DNA of 64,000 nucleotides from Squalus acanthias (GCA_030390025.1 CM059431.1:148740001-148804000), one strand, 5' to 3'; counted from the stretch's first letter, positions 25,086 through 38,140 are shown. Numbers and translations: made by a program. The notes: generated by a model not told the origin, from the sequence alone.

Positions 25086-28000
25086 GCTCCATTCCCAGGC
25101 AGTGGTATTCCAGTTGTTCTCATTCGGTGAGATTCTGAGCCCCACCCAGTGAGAAGGTAGAGCCCAGGATAATTCCCTGTCCTGTGGTATATCTGTTATT
25201 CTCATTAGGAGATGGACTGTGCCCCGCACACAGAGCAGCAAGTGTCCAGCAGCATTGTCCTCTCCTGTGGTATCTTAGTCGTTCTCATTTGGTAAGAAAC
25301 TGAGCATCACACAAAGATGGAAGGACTCAGTCTCCATTCCCCGCCTTTGGTAGTTCTTTTGTTATCATTCAGTGAGGTACTGAGCGCCACACAATGTGCA
25401 GGATAGGCCCAGGATCATTCCACGGCATGTACTGTGTTAGCTGATCTCACCCGGTGTGATACTGAGCCCCACACAGAGCCGAATGGACCCAAGATAATTC
25501 CAGTGCTCTTGGTGTGTTTTCTGATATCACCCAGTGTGGTACTCAACCCCACATAGAGCAACATGGAACCAGGCTCCATTTCTGGCTATGGTATGTCAGT
25601 TCACATTCGGTGTGGTACTGAGCCCCACATACAGAGCAGGAAGGGCCCAGGCTCCATTGCCAGCCTGAGTTCCGTCTGTTATTCGTATTCAGTGAGGTAC
25701 TGAGCTTAACACAGTGCAGGAAGTGCCCAGGATCATTCCCTGTCCTGTTATGTTTTGCGTGATCTCACCCGGTGTGATAATGAGCAACACAAATAGAGCA
25801 GGTATGAACCCCATACACAGAGCAGGATGGGCCCAGGCTCCATTCCTTGCCTTTACTATGTTAGTTGTTTACATCCCGTGAGATACGGAGCCCCACACAC
25901 AGCGCAGGAAGGTCCCAGGCTCCATTCCCGATCAGTGCTATGTCAGTTGTTCTCAATCGGAGTGATACTGAGCCCCACACACAGCAGAGGAAGCGCCCAG
26001 GTTCCACCTCCGGCCTGTGGTATGTCAGTTGTTCTCATTCGGTGAGGTACTGAGCCGCACCCAGAGAGGAGGATGTGTCCAGGGACCATTTCCGGCCTGT
26101 AGTATTTCTGTTATTCACATTCATTGAGGTACTGAGCTCCACAAAGTGTAGGAAGGTCCCAGGATCTTTCCCTGTCCTGTGGTGTTTCTCCTGTTCCCAC
26201 CCGGTGGGATACTGAGCGCCACACACAGAGCATGATGTGCCCAGGCTCCATTCCGGCCTGTGGTGTGTCAGTTATTCTCATTCGCTGACGTACTGAGCCC
26301 CATACACAGATCATGATGTGCCCAGGCTCCATTCCGGACTGTGGTGTGTCAGTTATTCTCATTTGATGATGTACTGAGCGCCACACACAGAGCAGGATGG
26401 GCCCAGGCTCCATTCCGGCCGGTGGTGTTTCATTTATACTCATTCTGTGATGTACTGAGACCCACACACAGAGCAGGATGGGCCCAGGCTCCATTTTCGG
26501 CATGTGGTGTGTCTGTTATTCTCATTCGGTAGTGTACTGAGCCCCACACACAGAGCAGGAAGGGCCCCAGGCTCGAATTCCAGCCTGTGGTGTGCCTGTT
26601 ATTCTCATTCGGTGGTGTACTGAGCAACACACACAGAGCATGATGTGCCCAGGCTCCATTCCCGGGCTGAGGTATGTCAGTTGTTCTCATTAGGTGAGGT
26701 ACTGAGCCCCACACAGAGAGCAGGAAGGGTGCAGGCTCCATTCCCGGGCTGAGGTATGTCATGTACTCTCATTAGGTGACTTACTGAGCAACACACACAG
26801 AACATGATGTGCCCAGGCTCCATTCCCGGGCTCAGGTATGTCAGTTGTTCTCATTTAGTGAGGTACTGAGCCCCACACACAGAGCAGGAAGGGCCCAGGC
26901 TCCATTCCCGGGCTGAGGTATGTCAGTTATTCTCATTCGGTGAGATATTCAGCTCCAAACAGAGAGCAGGAATGGCCCAGGCTCCATACCGGCATGTGGT
27001 GTGTAAGTTATTCTCATTCGGTGACGTACTGAGCCATACACACAGAGCATGATGTGCCCAGGCTCTAATCCCGGCCTGTGGTGTGTCAGTTATTCTCATT
27101 CGGTGAGGTACTGAGCCCCACAAACAGAGCAGGAAGGGCCTAAGCTCCATACCGGCCTGTGGTGTGTCAGTTATTCTCATTCGGTGGTTAACTGAGCCCC
27201 ACAGACAGAGCAGGAATGGCCCATGCTCTGTAAAGTAATCTGAACCTGTGTTGAGCTCAGCCCTACAGAACATAATAGACGCAGGATCCATCCCGGCCCA
27301 TCCTCTGTTAACTGATCTCCCCAAATTGGTTACGCAGACAATCACAGAGCAGGACGATTCCAGGCTCCATTCCCGGCATGCGGCATGTCTGGTATTCTCA
27401 TTCGGTGAGGTACTGAGCCCCACACACAGCGCAGGACGGGCCCAGGATCATTCCCTGTCCTATGGTGTTTTCCTGATCTCACCTGGTGAGATACTGAGTC
27501 CCACACACAGAGCAGAAAGGGCCTAGGCTCCATTCCCGGAATGTAGTGTGTCAGTTACTCTAATTCGGCGAGGTACTGAGCCCCACACAAAGAGAAAGAT
27601 GGGCCCAGGCACCATTCCCGGCCTGTGGTATGTTAGTTGTCCACATTCCGTGGGGTACTGAACATCACACACAGAGCAGGAAGGGCCCAGGATCCATTCG
27701 CTGTCCTGTGGTGCTTTTCCTGATTTCACCTGTTGAGTTACTGAGTCCCACACAGCGAGCAGGAAGCGCCCAGGTTCCACTCCCGGCTTGTGCTATGCTA
27801 GTTGTTCACATTCCGTGGGGCATTGAGCATCACACACAGAGCAGAAAGGGCCTAGGCTCCATTCCCGGCATGTAGTGTGTCAGTTACTCTAATTCGGCGA
27901 GGTACTGAACCCCACACACAGAGAAAGATGGGCCAAAGCACCTTTCCCGGCCTGTGGTATGTTAGTTGTTCACATTCCGTGGGGCACTGAGCATCACACA

Positions 28001-31000
28001 CAGTGTAGGAAGGGCACATGATCCATTACCGGCCTGTGTTGTGCAATGTAATCTTATTTGGTGAGGAACAGAGCCCCACACACAGAGCAGGAAGGGCCCA
28101 GTTGCAATTTCCGGCTTCTGGTATTTTAGTTGTTCTCATTCGGTAAGGTATTGAGCCCTACACAGAGGTAGGAAGCGTCAAGACTCCATTCTCGGCCTGT
28201 GGTATGTCTATAATTCTCATTCGGTGAGGTACAGAGCCCCACATAGTGATAAGGGAGGCTCCAGGCTGTAATCTCGGCCTGTGGTATGTCAGTTCTTCTC
28301 AGTTGGTGAGATACTGAGCGCCAAACAGAGAGAAGGTAGGGCCTAGGCTCCATTACCGGCCAGTGGTATGTCTGCTATTCTTATTCGGTGAGGTAATGAG
28401 CACAACACAGTGAGAAGTGAGGCCACTGGCTTCATTTTCGACCTGTGGTATGCCAGTTATTCTCATTCGGTGAGTTACTGAGCCCCACCCAGAGAGCAGG
28501 AAGAGCCCAGGCTCCATTCCCGATCTGCGTTATGTCTGCTATTCTAAGTCGGCGAGGGACTGAGCTGCACACAGTGCAGGAAGGGCCCAGGATCATTCCC
28601 TGTCCTGTGGTATTTTTCCTGATCTCACCTGATGAGTTACGGAGCCCCACACACAGAGCAGGTAGGGCCCAGGCTCCATTCCCGGCCTGTAGTGTGTCAG
28701 TCATTCTCAATCGGTGAGGTACTGAGCCCCACACACAGAGAAAGGTGGGCCCAGGATCCTTTCCCGTTCTAAGGTATGTTAGTTGTTCACATTCCGTGGG
28801 GTTGAGCATCACACACGGAGCAGGAAGGGTCCAGGATCCAATACCGGCCTGTGGTGTATAAGGTATTCTCATTTGGTGCGGAACAGAGCTCAACATACAC
28901 AGCAGGATGGGCCCAGGTGCAATTTCCGGCCTGTGGTATTTTAGTTGTTATCATTCGGTGAGGTCCTGAGCACTACAGAGAGAGTAAGAACCGTCAAGGC
29001 TCCTTTCTCGGACTGTGGCATGTCTGTTATTCTCATTCAGTGAGGTACTGAGCCCCACACAGTGAGAAGGGAAGTCCCAGGCTGCAGTCCCAGCATGTGG
29101 TATGTCAGCTGTTCTCAGTCGGTGAGGTACTTAGACACACACACATGGTATGAACAGTCAAGGCTCCATTTCCGGACTGTGGTATGTCTCTTAATCTTAT
29201 TCGGTGAGGTATTGAGCACACACAGAGAGAATGGAGGACCCAGGCTCCATTCCCGACCATTGGTATGTCTTTTATCCTCATCCGGTGAGGTACTGAGCTC
29301 CACACAGTGCAAGAAGGGGCCTGGCTCCATTCCCGGCCTGTGGTATGTCAGTCGTTCTTATTCAGTGTGGCACGGTGCACCACACACAGAGCAGGATAGG
29401 CCCAGAATATTTCCACGGTCTGTGGTGTGTTAGCTGATCTCAACCGGCGTAGTACTGAGCCCCACACAGAGCAGGTTGAGCCCAGGATCATTCCACGGTC
29501 TGTGGTGTGTTAGCTGATCTCACCCAGTGTGGTACTGTGCCCCACACTGAGCAGGATGGGCCCAGGATCATTCTACGGTCTGTGGTGTGTTAGCTGATCT
29601 CACCCAATGTGGTACTGAGCCCCACAAAGAGCAGGTTGGGCCCAGGATCATTCCACGGCCTGTGGTGTGTTAGATGACAGCACCCATTGTGGTACTGAGC
29701 ACCACACTGAGCAGATTGGCCCAGGATCATTCCACCACCTGCAGTGTGCTAGTTGATCTCGCCCAGTTTGGTACTGAGCACCACATAGAGCAGGACGGGC
29801 CCAGGATCATTCCACCGCCTGCAGTGTGCTAGTTGACCACGCCCAGTTTGGTACTGAGCACCACACAGAGTTGGATGGGGCCAGGATCATTCCACCGCCT
29901 GCAGTGTGCTAGTTGATCTCGCCCAGTTTGGTGCTGAGCACCACATTGAGCAGGATGGGACCAGGATCATTCCACCGCCTGCAGTGTGCTAGTTGCTCTC
30001 GCCCAGATTGTTACTGAGCACCACACAGAGCAGGATGGGAACGGGATCATTCCACGGCCTGCAGTGTGCTAGTTGATCTCGCCCAGTTTGGTACTGAGTC
30101 AACACCGAGCAGGTTAGGGCCAGGATCATCCCAGTGCTGGTGATGTGTTAGCTGATATTACCCGGTGTGGTACTGAGCACCACACAGACCACAATGGGCC
30201 CAGGATAATTCCAGTGATTGTGATGTTTTAGCTGATATCACTCAGTGTGTTATTGAAGATCGCTCCGCGCAGGATTGGCTCAGGCTCCATTCCCGCCCTG
30301 TGTTATGTGTTGTTATTCTCATTCGGTGACCTACTGAGCTCCACGCAGCGCAGGAAGGGCCCAACATCATTCCCTCTCCTCTGTTTTTTTTCCGGATCTC
30401 ACCCGTTGAGATACTGAGCACCACACACAGATCAGGATTGGGCCCAGGCTCCTTTCCCGGCTGGTAGTATGTAAGTTGCTCACATTCCGTGATGTACTGA
30501 GCCGCAAACACAGAACAGGAACGTCCCAGACTCCATTACCGGCCTGTAGTATGCTAGTTGTTCACATTCCGTGAGGTACTGGGCCGCAAACACAGAGCAG
30601 GAAGGACCCAGGCACCATTCCAGGCCTGTGGTATATCAGTTGTTCTCATTCAGTGAGGTATTGAGCAGGCAAGGCCCAGGCTCCGTTTACAGTTCTGAAC
30701 CAGTGCAGTGCTCAGCCCCACAGAAAAGGAAAAAGGCAGGATCCATCCCGGCCTGTCCTGTGTTAACTGATCACCCCCGGACTGTGGTAAGTCTGTTATT
30801 CTCTTTCGTTGAGTAACTGAGCTCCACACAGTGCAGGAAGGGCCCAGGATCCATTCCCTGCCTGTGATTGGTCAGATATTCTAATTCAGTGAGTTACTGA
30901 GCCCCACACACTGTGCAGGAAGGGCCCAGGATCAATCCCTTTCCTGTGGTGTTTTCCTTGATATCACAAAGTGTGATAATGAGCCCACACAGAGCTGGAA

Positions 31001-32191
31001 TGGGCCTGTTTCCATTCGCGGCCTGTGGTATACCATTTGTTCTCATTCGGTGAGGTACTGATCACCAAATATAGAGCAGGAAAGGCCCATGCTCTGTTAA
31101 CAGATCTGAAGTGATGTAGTGCTCAGCCCCACAGAGCAGGAAGGATGCAGGATTCATACCGGCCTGTCCTGTGTTAGCAGATCTCCCTCATGTGGTACAG
31201 AGTCACACACTGAGCAGGAAGGACCCCGGCTCCATCCCCGAATTGTGCTGAGTGAACAGCTCTCACCCGGTGTTGTACTGAGCCCCACACAGTGCAGGTT
31301 TGTGCCAGTAGCACTCCACAGCCTGTGGTGTGTGAAACGATATCACGCAGTGTGGTACTGAGCCCCACACAGTGCAAGATGGGCCCAGGATAATTCCACG
31401 GCCTGTGATGTGTTAGCTGATCTCACGCAGTGTGGTACTGAGCCCCACACAGAGCAGGATAGGCCCAGGATAATTCCACGGCCTGTGGTGTGTTAGCTGA
31501 TCACAACCTGTGTGGTACTGAGCCACACACAGAGCAGGATAGGCCCAGGATAATTCCACGGCGTGTGGTGTGTTAGCTGATCACAACCTGTGTGGTACTG
31601 AGCCCCACACTGTGTAGTTTGGGCCCAGGATCATTCCACGGCCTGTGGTGTGTTAGCTGATCACAACATATGTGGGACTGAGACCCACATAGAGCAGGAT
31701 GGGCCCAGGCTCAATTCTCGGCCTTTGGTAGGAGAGTGGTCCTCATTTGTTGAGGTACTGAACCCCACACACGGCGAGCGATGTGCACAGGTTCCATTGA
31801 CGTCCAGTGGTATGTTAGTTATTCTCATTCAGTGAGGGACTCAGCCCCACACAGAGCTGGAAGGGGTTAGGCTCCATTCTCGACCTGTGGTATGTTAGTT
31901 ATTCTCATTCAGTGAGGGACTGAGCCCCACACAGAGCTGGAAGGTGTCAGGCTCCATTCTCGGTCTGTGGTACATCAGTTGTTCTCATTCGGTGAGGCAC
32001 TGAGCTCCACAGAGTGCCATAAATGCCCAGGAGCATTCTCTCACCTGTTGTATGTCAGTTGTTCTCATTTGGAGAAAGACTGTGTCCCGCGCACAGAGCA
32101 AGAAGAGCCCAGGATATGTCCTGTCCTTTGGTGTTTTCCCTGTTCACACCCGGTGTGATACCGAGAACCACACACAGAGCAGGATGGGCGC

Positions 32192-32697
32192 AGGCTGAAT
32201 CCTCAAACAGACGGAGGAAAAGCAGACATGCCGTGGAATAAATAGTTACACTGTTAGGGACTATGCTGAAACACTCACTGATCACACAGGTTGACACATA
32301 AGGTAGAAATCATGTTTGGTCCTAAAAACGATTAAATATGCCCGCACTTTCTGTGAGAAGTGCTGATTTCTGTTGCTGGAGTAGCTGCTGTTCGCTTGAC
32401 TTTTGCCTGAATTGCAAATAAAGGAAACCTGCACTGAGACGCTCAAATTACATGATCCTATTAGTGCCAGTCAGGTGGGCACAGCAGCGTGAGACACTAT
32501 TCCCACTCATGGTTAATATATTTAAATAGCGATATTGAGGATGATCACTCAAAGCAATCCAACAATTCAATCAATGTCACTTCAATCATCAAACTCACTG
32601 ACTGGACAACTCTAAGAAATGTAGATCAGGTAAACTGCCCTGTTAAACTGCGGGAGGCAGGCTCAGTAATGAAGATTCTATTCACTGCACTAGTGGA
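32192..32697. repeat. Cassette copy 6 (5'-truncated)
   Basis: Starts at ggctgaatcctcaaacagacgg, fused to a satellite monomer. Confidence 0.9.
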
Positions 32698-32724
32698 AAA
32701 TTTCTCAAAAAATGCTTTTTAAAT

Positions 32725-32885
32725 GTAATGTTTGGACTCTAGTTGAATCAAGGGATATGGGGATTGGGCGGGAAAGTGGAGTTTAGGTCAAAGATTAGCC
32801 ATGATCTTATTGACTGGCGGAGCAGGCTGGAGGAAACTTTTGACCTTCTCCTGCTCCTAATTCTTATGTTCGTATCTTCTTAATG
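32725..32885 (+). mobile_element. CR1 3'-end fragment
   Basis: aatcaagggatatgggg...agccatgatcttattga.tggcggagcaggct...ctcctgctcctaattcttatgtt, like 24040-24326. Confidence 0.85.
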
Positions 32886-33822
32886 TCTCAGGGAATGAGA
32901 ACTTAACCCAGCTTCAGTCTTTATCGAGCTCAAAAATGGACAAAGTTTTAAACCGAGGAGTAAGAGCTGCAGGGGGAGCCCATTCTGTTGGAACAGTGCC
33001 AGCTCAGTGTCAGGTACAGAGAGCGAGTGGACAAAAGTTTCTCATTTGTGTACCTGCGATTTAAAGAGGTATCACAAATGGCAGTAATGGAAATCACATC
33101 GCAACAAACTTGAATAAAATGCAACGTGGGATTGCAACTATTTTCAACATATTGTTCAGTCGTTAAATATCGGAGGGGTTAGATTATCTTAATGATCCCT
33201 TCGATTCTTTTCCATTTGCTGAATTTGCTGCAAATTAAACATCACGAAAGCAGTGCAATGGTGCAGAGCTTTAACACACAGTGCAGGATCGGCGATTTGA
33301 GAATTTAAACTGTTGGGCCATTCCGCTCAGTTTTGGACCCAATGCTTGTTATTGCTTGCATCCTTTAATCCGCTTCCTCCAGAAGGATTTCCGACATTTC
33401 AACATCGCTTTTAAGGATCCTAAAACCTTACCTGGATTATAGACCTGCTAAAGGAGTTGAGTTTGGCTAAAGGTATTAATTCAACAAAGGAAATGTAAAT
33501 TGACTGTTCAAGAAGGTGTGCTGGGAAGCTTGACCAATTTCCCAAATTGTGATTCAGGCTGTCTTAGAAGCAACAGAAAAGGAGGCCTCGAAAGACGATG
33601 GGGGTCCGCGTCAACACAGGTGCTGCCTGATAGCGTCAGTCGGTGTAACCAACGGGGAGAGAGAATTGATAAATATTGGAAAGCTTGTTTTTGTCAGCAG
33701 GAATGTTGTCAGAGCAGCCATTCTAAAGTGACAAAGAGATCACAGTCCACGAGGTTCTCTGAATCGCCAGCTGTCTGCCGCGTTTCAGCTTGGAGCACAC
33801 TCGCATCTGAGATGGTAGAACC

Positions 33823-34022
33823 AAGCCCTCTATGAATTTTGTACGTTTCAATCAGTTTGCCTCTCATTCCTCTAAACACCAGAGAATACAGGCCCATTTT
33901 ACTCAATCGCTCCCCATGGGACAATCCTCTCGTCCCAGTAATAAATCTAGTGAGCCTTCATTACACCCCCTTTGAGGCAAGTATATCCTTCCTTAGGTAA
34001 GGAGACCAAAACTGAACACAAT
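33823..34022 (-). mobile_element. CR1 ORF2 fragment
   Basis: The minus strand reads YCVQFWSPYLRKDIL and ERLSKMGLYSLVFRGMRGKLIETYKI. Confidence 0.85.
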
Positions 34023-34298
34023 ACAAATTCTCCATTGTTTTCATGGCACCCATGGGTGATGGAGGGAGAGATGGGCTCGAAGTCCCACAGGGCCGAACTG
34101 ACGCCCCAGCTGCAGCTGGAATTAAATAACGTTCAATCTTCAGCTGCGAGATGTTGGAGTGAGTCACGAATCAGGGAGAGATTTCCTAATACTGTTGCTG
34201 AATCTCATTTATATCAAACACTCCTTGCACTCTTTGCCCAGGAATTCAGAACTGGGGATTGCCTTGTGAAACCAGCCTAAAAAAATCAAACCACAAAC

Positions 34299-34371
34299 CA
34301 CCCAGCATCGAGCTGGAACCCACGACATTGCGATTAAGAGATTCATTCTCTGGCGACTGGGCTAGCCGTGA
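34299..34371 (-). pseudogene. tRNA-Lys(CTT) pseudogene
   Basis: The 73-nt minus-strand sequence TCACGGCTAGCCCAGTCGCCAGAGAATGAATCTCTTAATCGCAATGTCGTGGGTTCCAGCTCGATGCTGGGTG aligns without gaps to the vertebrate tRNA-Lys-CTT as recalled (GCCCGGCTAGCTCAGTCGGTAGAGC...CTCTTAATC...GTCGTGGGTTCGAGC...GTTGGGCG). The anticodon stem and B box are mutated. A T7 run lies ~14 nt downstream (34279-34285). Confidence 0.85.
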
Positions 34372-34382
34372 CGCTCTGCGCT

Positions 34383-34855
34383 AAGGCGAAGAACAATCCC
34401 AGCTTCTCTAGTCTATCCACATAACTGAAGTGCCTCATCCCTGGTACGATTCTGGTAAATCTCCCCTTAACCTTCTCTGCTCCAAGGAGAACAATCCCAG
34501 CTTCTCCAGTCTCTCCACGTAACTGAAGTCTCTCATCCCCTGGTACCATTCTAGTAAACCTCCCCTTAACCGTCTCTACTCTAAGGAGAACAATCCCACC
34601 TTCTCCAGTCTCTCGATATAACTGAAGTCCCTCATCCCTGGTACCATTCTGGTCAATCTTCCCTTAACCTTCTCTGCTCTACGGAGAACAATCCCAGCAT
34701 CTCCAGTCTCCACATAACTGAAGTCCCTCATCCCTGGTACGATTCTGGTAAATCTCCCCTTAACCTTCTCTGCTCCAAGGAGAACAATCCCAGCATCTCC
34801 AATCTCTCCACGTAACTGAAGTCCCTCATCCCTGGTCCCATTCTGGTAAATCTCT
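34383..34855 (-). repeat. ~98-bp tandem repeat (5 copies) derived from CR1 ORF2
   Basis: gaacaatccc occurs at 34391, 34489, 34588, 34686 and 34782. The minus strand of the consensus unit encodes RFTRMVPGMRDFSYVERLEKLGLFSLEQRRLRG. Confidence 0.9.
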
Positions 34856-34916
34856 TCCGTTCATTTCTACCGTCTCCTAAGTAATTAATCAGACAGGGAG
34901 GACCGATTGAGGTAGG

Positions 34917-34975
34917 TTCCGGCTAGCTCATCCACTCGAAAATGTATCTCTAAATTTCGAGATAGATGTTAGGCG
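34917..34975 (+). pseudogene. Second, internally deleted tRNA-Lys(CTT) relic
   Basis: ttccggctagctca...tctctaaat/ttcgag...atgttaggcg. Its 3' flank gtttgtgctttgaatttttaggctgatttcaca matches the 3' flank of the minus-strand copy. Confidence 0.65.
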
Positions 34976-37315
34976 GTTTGTGCTTTGAATTTTTAGGCTG
35001 ATTTCACAGACGATTCCCAGCTCTGAACCACACACAGAGCAAGAAGGGCCCAGGCTCGATTCCTGTGGTAATTTAGTTGTTCACAGTCATTGTGGTACTG
35101 AGCCCTGCACATAGAGAAGAAAGGGCGCAGACTCAATTACCGGCCTGTGGTATGTTAGTTGTTGACAGTGATTGTGGTGCTGAGCCTTACACAAAGAGAG
35201 GGAAGATCCCAGGCTCCATTCCCACCTGTGGTAGGCCAGGTGTTCTCATTCAGTGTGGCACTTACATCCACACAAAAAAGGAAGGGCCTAGGCTCTATTC
35301 CCGGAATATGGTCTACTAGTTGTTCTCATTCGGTGTGGTACTGAGTCCCAGAAAGAGATGGAAAGCACCAGGCTGTTTTCCAGGCCTATGTTATGTCACA
35401 TTTGATGTGGTACTGAGCCCCACACTGAGAAAGAAGGATCCAATCTCCATGTATTGCCTGTGGTGTTAGTTGTTCTCATTCGGTGTTGTACTGAGACCCA
35501 CACAGAGAAGGAAGGGCCGAGGCTCTATTCCGGGCCTCTGGTCTACTGTTGCTCTCATTCGGTAGTGGCACTCTGCCCCACACTGAGAAAAATGATACAG
35601 GCTCTATTCCCGGCCTGTGGTCTGTTAATTCTTCTCATTTAGTGTGGCACTGAGCACCACACTGAGAAGGAAGGTCCCAGGCTCCATTCCAGGACTGTGT
35701 TGTGTTAGTTGTTCTCCTTCGGTGTGGTACTGATCACCCCCCATGAAGAAGGAAGGGCCCAAGCTACATTGAGAGCCTGTGGTATGTTAGTTGTTGCAAG
35801 TCGTTGAAGTACTGAGCTCCGCACACAGAGAAGGAAGGCCCCAGGCTCTATTCCCGGCCTGTGGTTTATTAGTTCTTATCATTTGGTGTCCTACTGAACC
35901 CCACACTGAGAAAGAATTGGCCAGGCTCCATTTAAGGCCTGTGGTGTTCGCTGTTCTCATTCGGTGAGGTACTGAGCCGCACACAGTAAAGGAAGGGCCG
36001 AAGCTCTATTACCAACCTGTGGTCTATTGATTGCTCTCATTCGGGGAGTCACTGAGCCCCACACACAGAAGTAAGGCCCCAGGCTCTATTCCCGGCCTGT
36101 GATCAATTAGTTGTTCCCATTCGGTGTGGCACTGAGCCTCGCTCTGAGAATAGTGGGCCCGTCTCTATTCCCGACCTGTGTTCTATTAGTTGTTCTCATT
36201 CGGTGTGGTACTGAGCACCACACAGAAAAGGAAAGGCCCAGGCTTTATTCACGGCCTGTGCTATGTCAGGTGATCTCATTCGGTAGGTACGGAGCCCCCC
36301 ACACATAGAAGGAAGGCCCCAGGCTCTATTCCAGACCTAAGGTATGTTAGTTGTTCACATTCGTTGAGGTACTGAGCCCCAAACACAGAGAAGGAAGAGC
36401 TCAGGCTCCATTTACGGTCTGTGGCATATCAGTTATTCGTTTTCGGTGTGGTACTGAGCCCCACACAAGAAGGAAGTGCTTAGGTTACATTCCATGTCTC
36501 TGGTGTTTTAGTTGTTCTTATTCGGTGTGGTACTGAGCCCCGCACACAGAGAAGGAAGTGCCAAACCACCATTTGCTGCCAGTGGCATGCCGCTTGTTCA
36601 CAGTCGGGGAGGTGCTGAGCCCCACACACAGAGCAGGAACGGCCCAGACTCTATTCCCGGCCTATGGCCTGTTACCTGTTCACATTCGGTGAGGTACTGT
36701 GCCCCTCATAGGGAAGGAAGGGACCAGGGTTCATTCGTGGCCTGTGATATATAAATTGTTCACAGTCGGTGAGGTGCTGATACACAAACATAGAGCAGGA
36801 AGGGCCCAGGCTCTATTCCCGGCCTGTTGTCTTTTAGTTGTTCACATTCGGTGTGTTACTGAGCCTCACACAGAGCAGGTAGATCCCAGGCTCCATTTCC
36901 GGCCTGTGGTTTTTAATTTGTTCTGATTCGTTGTGGTACTGAGCCCCAAACATGGAGAAGGAATGGCCAAGGCTCCATTCTAGGTCTGTGGTGTGTTACT
37001 TGTTCTCATTCGGTGTCGTACTGAGCCCCGAACATGGAGAAGGAAGGGCCCAGTCTCCATTTACGGCATATGGTATGTTAGTTGTTCAAAATCATTGAGT
37101 TACTGAGCCCAACATACAGAGAAGTAAGGGTACAGGCTCCATTCGCGGCCTGTGGTATGTCAGTTGTTTACAGTCGGTTAGGTACTGAGCACAACACATA
37201 TAGAAGGATGGGCGCAGGCTCCATTCCCGGACTGTGTTATGCCACTTGTGCACAGTCGGTAAGTTACTGAGCCCCAAACACGGAGAAGGAAGAGCCCAGC
37301 CTCCATTCCCTACCT

Positions 37316-38140
37316 TTATTCATTGATGGGATGTGGGCGTTGCTGGCAAGGCCAGAATCTATTGCCCATCCCTAGTTACACTTGAGAAGGTGGTGGAGAG
37401 CCGCCGTCTTGAAAGCCTGCAGTCCGTGTGCTGAATGTACTTCCAAAGTGCTTTTTCTGAGAGTGTTCGTGGATATTGAACCAGGGACGATGAAGGAACG
37501 GCTATATATTTCCAAGTCAGAATGGGGTGTGTTTTGGAGGGGAACTTGGAGGTGCTGGTGTTCCCATGCGCCTGCTGCCCTTGTCCTTCCAGATGGTAGT
37601 GGTCGCGGGTTTGGGAAGTGCTGCCGAAGAAGCCTTGGATGTTGTTGCAGTGCATCTTGTAGATGGTACACACTGCAGCCACGGTACACCGGTGGTGGAG
37701 GGAGAGAATGTTTAAGGTGGTGGATGGGGTGCCAATCAAGCGGGCTGCTTTGTCCTCGATGGCGACGAGCTTACTGTGTGCAGTTGGAGCTGCACTCATC
37801 CAGGCAAGTAAGAGTATTCGATCACATTCCATACATGTGCGTTGTAGATGGTTGGAAGGCTTTGGGGAGTCAGGAGATGCGACACTAGCCGCTGAATACG
37901 CAGCCTCTGCCCTACTCTTGTTGCCACATTACATATGTGGCTGGTCCAGTTAATTTGCTGTTCAATGGTGAACCACAGTATTTTCATGGTGTGGGATTCT
38001 GTCATGGTAATGCCGTTGAATGTTAAGGGGCGGTGGTTAGTCTCGCGCTTGTTGGAGATAGTCATTGCCTGGCACTTGTGTGGCGCTAAAGTTACCTACC
38101 ACTTATCAGTCCATGCCTGAAAGTCGTCCAGCTCTTGTTG
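37316..38140 (-). mobile_element. Second CR1-clade LINE family, 3' fragment, decayed
   Basis: The minus strand reads LAWMSAAPT...DKAARLIGTPSTTLNI.SLHHR.TVAAVCTIYKMHC. Its tail gggatgggcaata...ggccttgccagcaacgcccacatcccat is shared with the SINE tail. Confidence 0.9.

Noticed and set aside
32890..33820. Possible exon(s) in unique sequence, e.g. a minus-strand CAG|GTAAG near 33430
   Set aside because: No recognisable protein was found, and splice-like words alone are insufficient.
2856..37315. CRISPR-like array or repeat-protein gene in the 80-bp repeats
   Set aside because: There are no unique spacers or cas genes, and the context is vertebrate. The 80/82-bp period breaks frame, and the ORFs are short and full of stops.
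2856..37315. V(D)J recombination signals (frequent CACAGTG)
   Set aside because: The heptamers are satellite variants of cacagag. I saw no ACAAAAACC nonamer at 12/23 spacing and no V or J coding segments.
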